Shown in pieces: positions 61,507-64,000 of a DNA stretch of 64,000 nt. Position 1 is the stretch's first letter, and each line of letters begins with the position of its first letter. The stretch spans positions 186,001 through 250,000 of the forward strand of contig JASVEC010000011.1 in the NCBI GenBank assembly GCA_030770535.1. The letters run 5' to 3'. This DNA comes from Batkoa obscura (lineage: Eukaryota). The position numbers and the translations under genes are program-made. The notes under the pieces were generated by a model. That model was given only the letters and a program-made list of their open reading frames with translations. It searched no databases and was not told the DNA's origin.

Positions 61507-62383
61507 ATTTAATGTTTGAATTAAGTGTATATATATACCTTTGAAAATGTAGCAATATAATTTACCAGAGTCTATCAAAATGAATTGGTAATACTAATTA
61601 AAATACTACTCAATATTATTTATTCTTTAAAAAACATAAAATTATATACTACTTGAGTTCATGTTTAAGTATTCTATAAAAACACTTGTTTTGTAATGCT
61701 AAAAAATGTTTATATGCCTATATTATGACTATAATTGTAATAGTGCTAGTGAAAGTTAACCTTTTAACTAAATAATATTAGGGATGTCTAAATTGGTTTC
61801 AAAATTTATCTAAAGATCAATCCAAATTTTGTTTTTAAATTTATAAATCCCTAATGTGATTAATTAAATTAAAAAAGCTTAAAGTCTTAAATCTTTTTAT
61901 TTAACTTAAAAGACCTATTTTAATTATATTATTTTTTTTAAACAATTGATTTTTTTAATTATATATATTATATTATTTTCATTAAATATTTAAAACAACT
62001 TTGATAAATTTTTAATAAATATATAATATATACATATATAGTTACTTTACTTTTTATTAAAATAAAAATATAATGCAAGCTTTTATAGCTAAACTTTTAA
62101 ATAAAACTTTCAATATAATATAAATATTATAATTCATTTATATTAAATTTAATAACTATTTATAGTAATTCAAAGTTTATAGCGTTTTTTAATAATAATA
62201 AAACACTAATATTATAATTTATTAAAAATACAAAAAAATTAAAAAATAAAGTTATGTAATAATTTTAGACTTTAAATAAAATATAAAATAAGAATAAAAC
62301 CAAATTTAAGCTATTATAATAAATAAGCTATACTAGTGTTAATATTTAATATTTAATATTTAAAAAATAATAAAACAATAAAT

Positions 62384-62481
62384 GGGGGTGTTTTTTTTGG
62401 TTTCATCATTTTTTCCATTTTTTAAGCGCTATTTCAGTGGAAAGATTGCTAGTAAAATTCTTAAACAAAAAATATATCCTC
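62384..62481 (+). mobile_element. MITE copy
   Basis: gggggtgtttt...aatatatcctc with the family core; flanks aaat/atgt (TSD not preserved). Confidence 0.88.
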
Positions 62482-62605
62482 ATGTTATTTTATTTAGAAT
62501 TTTATCTGATCTTTGTTTTGGTATTTAGAATTTAATAAAGCAAATAACAACAATAATAAATTTTATTCATAATAAAAATCATAAAATGGCAAAGGAGCTG
62601 TTAAT

Positions 62606-63889
62606 CTACTTTGAGAAAAACCAATCTATCATTGGGTTATTATTCAATTCATTAGGGTCAATGGGAGCAATAATAAGTAACGGAGTAGTAAGCTCATAAT
62701 CAATTTGATTATTTGTGCTTATAAATAAACAAGAAGTAATTTTAACTACCTCAAGGTTTGGGAAAAGAGACATAAAATAAATAAATGTCTCAAAAGAACC
62801 GTTGAATTCTTTCATTTTAATTTGTTTTATATGTTTACACTTAATTGAATAATTGCCAATATATGAGATATATGTTTTAATAGATCCGTATGGTATATCA
62901 AATTCGATTTTATAAATATTTTTTAATAAAGAAATTACTCTTAATAATTGTACTGATACTACTTTAATATATATTTCCTTCAAAGCTGCTAGCTTCATAA
63001 AGTTACTATCAATTGGGTAATCTAAATTAAAATGACCTAAAGTGATAGTATTAGAACCTTCAAACAGTTCGATATTATTGTTGTCCATAATATAAATGCT
63101 TCCGGTATAATCGATCACTCTAATACTTTTTAATCTTTTTAAATCTCCAAGGTAATTGATATTAAAAAGACTTAAATCCCCTACAATTTCAAAGTTTAAG
63201 CTAGGATTGAAATTTAGATTACAATCAAATCTAGCTGAGGCAGTAACAATTTCTCGAGCTCCTAGATATAATTTTCTTAATTTATTGAAGTCTGTCTTAA
63301 TTGAGTTTAATCCGTCAACGTTTAAAAATTCATTAGAGGATAAAGTACAGGATCTTAATTTAGCTGGGTTAAAATATTTGATTATATCTTTTATAACCAT
63401 TCCACTAGTGATTATATGAACTACTTCGATTTGGTTTAAATACTTGCTAAATAGATTTAATGGCTGTATGTAATTAGGAGATTGTATGCTTATTTTCTTT
63501 AATTTTGGTAACTCAATATTTAGTTCACTATCATTACTATTAATATTAACATTATTGATATGATTATCACTCCTATTACTAAGTAAATAGGCATACTCTA
63601 TAGATACTAAGTTTGGGCAATAATTTAAATTTTCAATAGTAAGATCTGTCACACTTACATGCTTCATAAATGCCCCATTTCTTTTAATGTATTCTTCTTG
63701 ATAATAAGAGTATTCTGAAAATTCATATTGGTTATAAACTGAATGTACCAAATTGAATTTAATAACATGGTTGACTATTTCGGACAAATATTTATCTAGT
63801 AAGCGAAAATTAAATAGCTCAGCTGGGTTTATTGACTTGAATATTTCAATCAGTACGACATCTGGTAACTGATCGAATTTCAATGGCAT
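62606..63889 (-). CDS. F-box protein with degenerate LRR-like C-terminus, intronless
   Basis: N-terminal FDQLPDVVLIEIFKSI..LFNFRLLDK (F-box); repeated PNLxxI/LKxLxxI motifs. Confidence 0.8.
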   Translation of the reverse strand: MPLKFDQLPDVVLIEIFKSINPAELFNFRLLDKYLSEIVNHVIKFNLVHSVYNQYEFSEYSYYQEEYIKRNGAFMKHVSVTDLTIENLNYCPNLVSIEYAYLLSNRSDNHINNVNINSNDSELNIELPKLKKISIQSPNYIQPLNLFSKYLNQIEVVHIITSGMVIKDIIKYFNPAKLRSCTLSSNEFLNVDGLNSIKTDFNKLRKLYLGAREIVTASARFDCNLNFNPSLNFEIVGDLSLFNINYLGDLKRLKSIRVIDYTGSIYIMDNNNIELFEGSNTITLGHFNLDYPIDSNFMKLAALKEIYIKVVSVQLLRVISLLKNIYKIEFDIPYGSIKTYISYIGNYSIKCKHIKQIKMKEFNGSFETFIYFMSLFPNLEVVKITSCLFISTNNQIDYELTTPLLIIAPIDPNELNNNPMIDWFFSK

Positions 63890-64000
63890 TTAAAGAAGCT
63901 TAATAAGAAAGAGTAAAGAATTGATTCTTTTTTTCTACGTACTTATAGTTGCATTTTTGTAGTTAAAAGCCAAATATGCTATTAGCCAAGTAAATGCAAT

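Noticed and set aside
61776..61856. Short inverted repeat (ttagggatgtctaaatt...aatttataaatccctaa) as an eleventh MITE
   Set aside because: Lacks the family core sequence; single and degenerate, so it cannot be assigned

Overview
Very AT-rich eukaryotic nuclear DNA with short GT-AG introns and the standard genetic code. Gene content points to an early-diverging fungus, possibly Entomophthoromycotina (Conidiobolus-like); this is an inference. The conserved core (about 7.5-52 kb) holds ATP11, a MED25-like Mediator subunit, PDX1/E3BP, a Kv-beta-type aldo-keto reductase, a membrane-anchored glutathione peroxidase, an AreA-type GATA factor, a HOOK protein, SEN54, PRE9, a PMT2-family mannosyltransferase, CHD1 and two tRNAs. 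Accessory genes and their dead copies sit mostly near the ends: S41 peptidase (one intact copy, two relics), trypsin pseudogene, class-3 lipase, CYP450, paraoxonase-like propeller, and an F-box gene with a pseudogene. The most notable non-genic signals are (i) ten copies of a ~100-bp MITE with GRGG...CCCC ends and 4-bp AWWT target duplications, one of which demonstrably interrupted a peptidase gene; (ii) a nested insertion stack at 43.8-45.3 kb, where a solo-LTR-like element sits inside an inverted, C>T/G>A-hypermutated copy of itself; and (iii) two convergent genes whose coding ends overlap by 21 bp. No CRISPR, rRNA or autonomous transposon was recognised. Exon boundaries were read by eye and are approximate.
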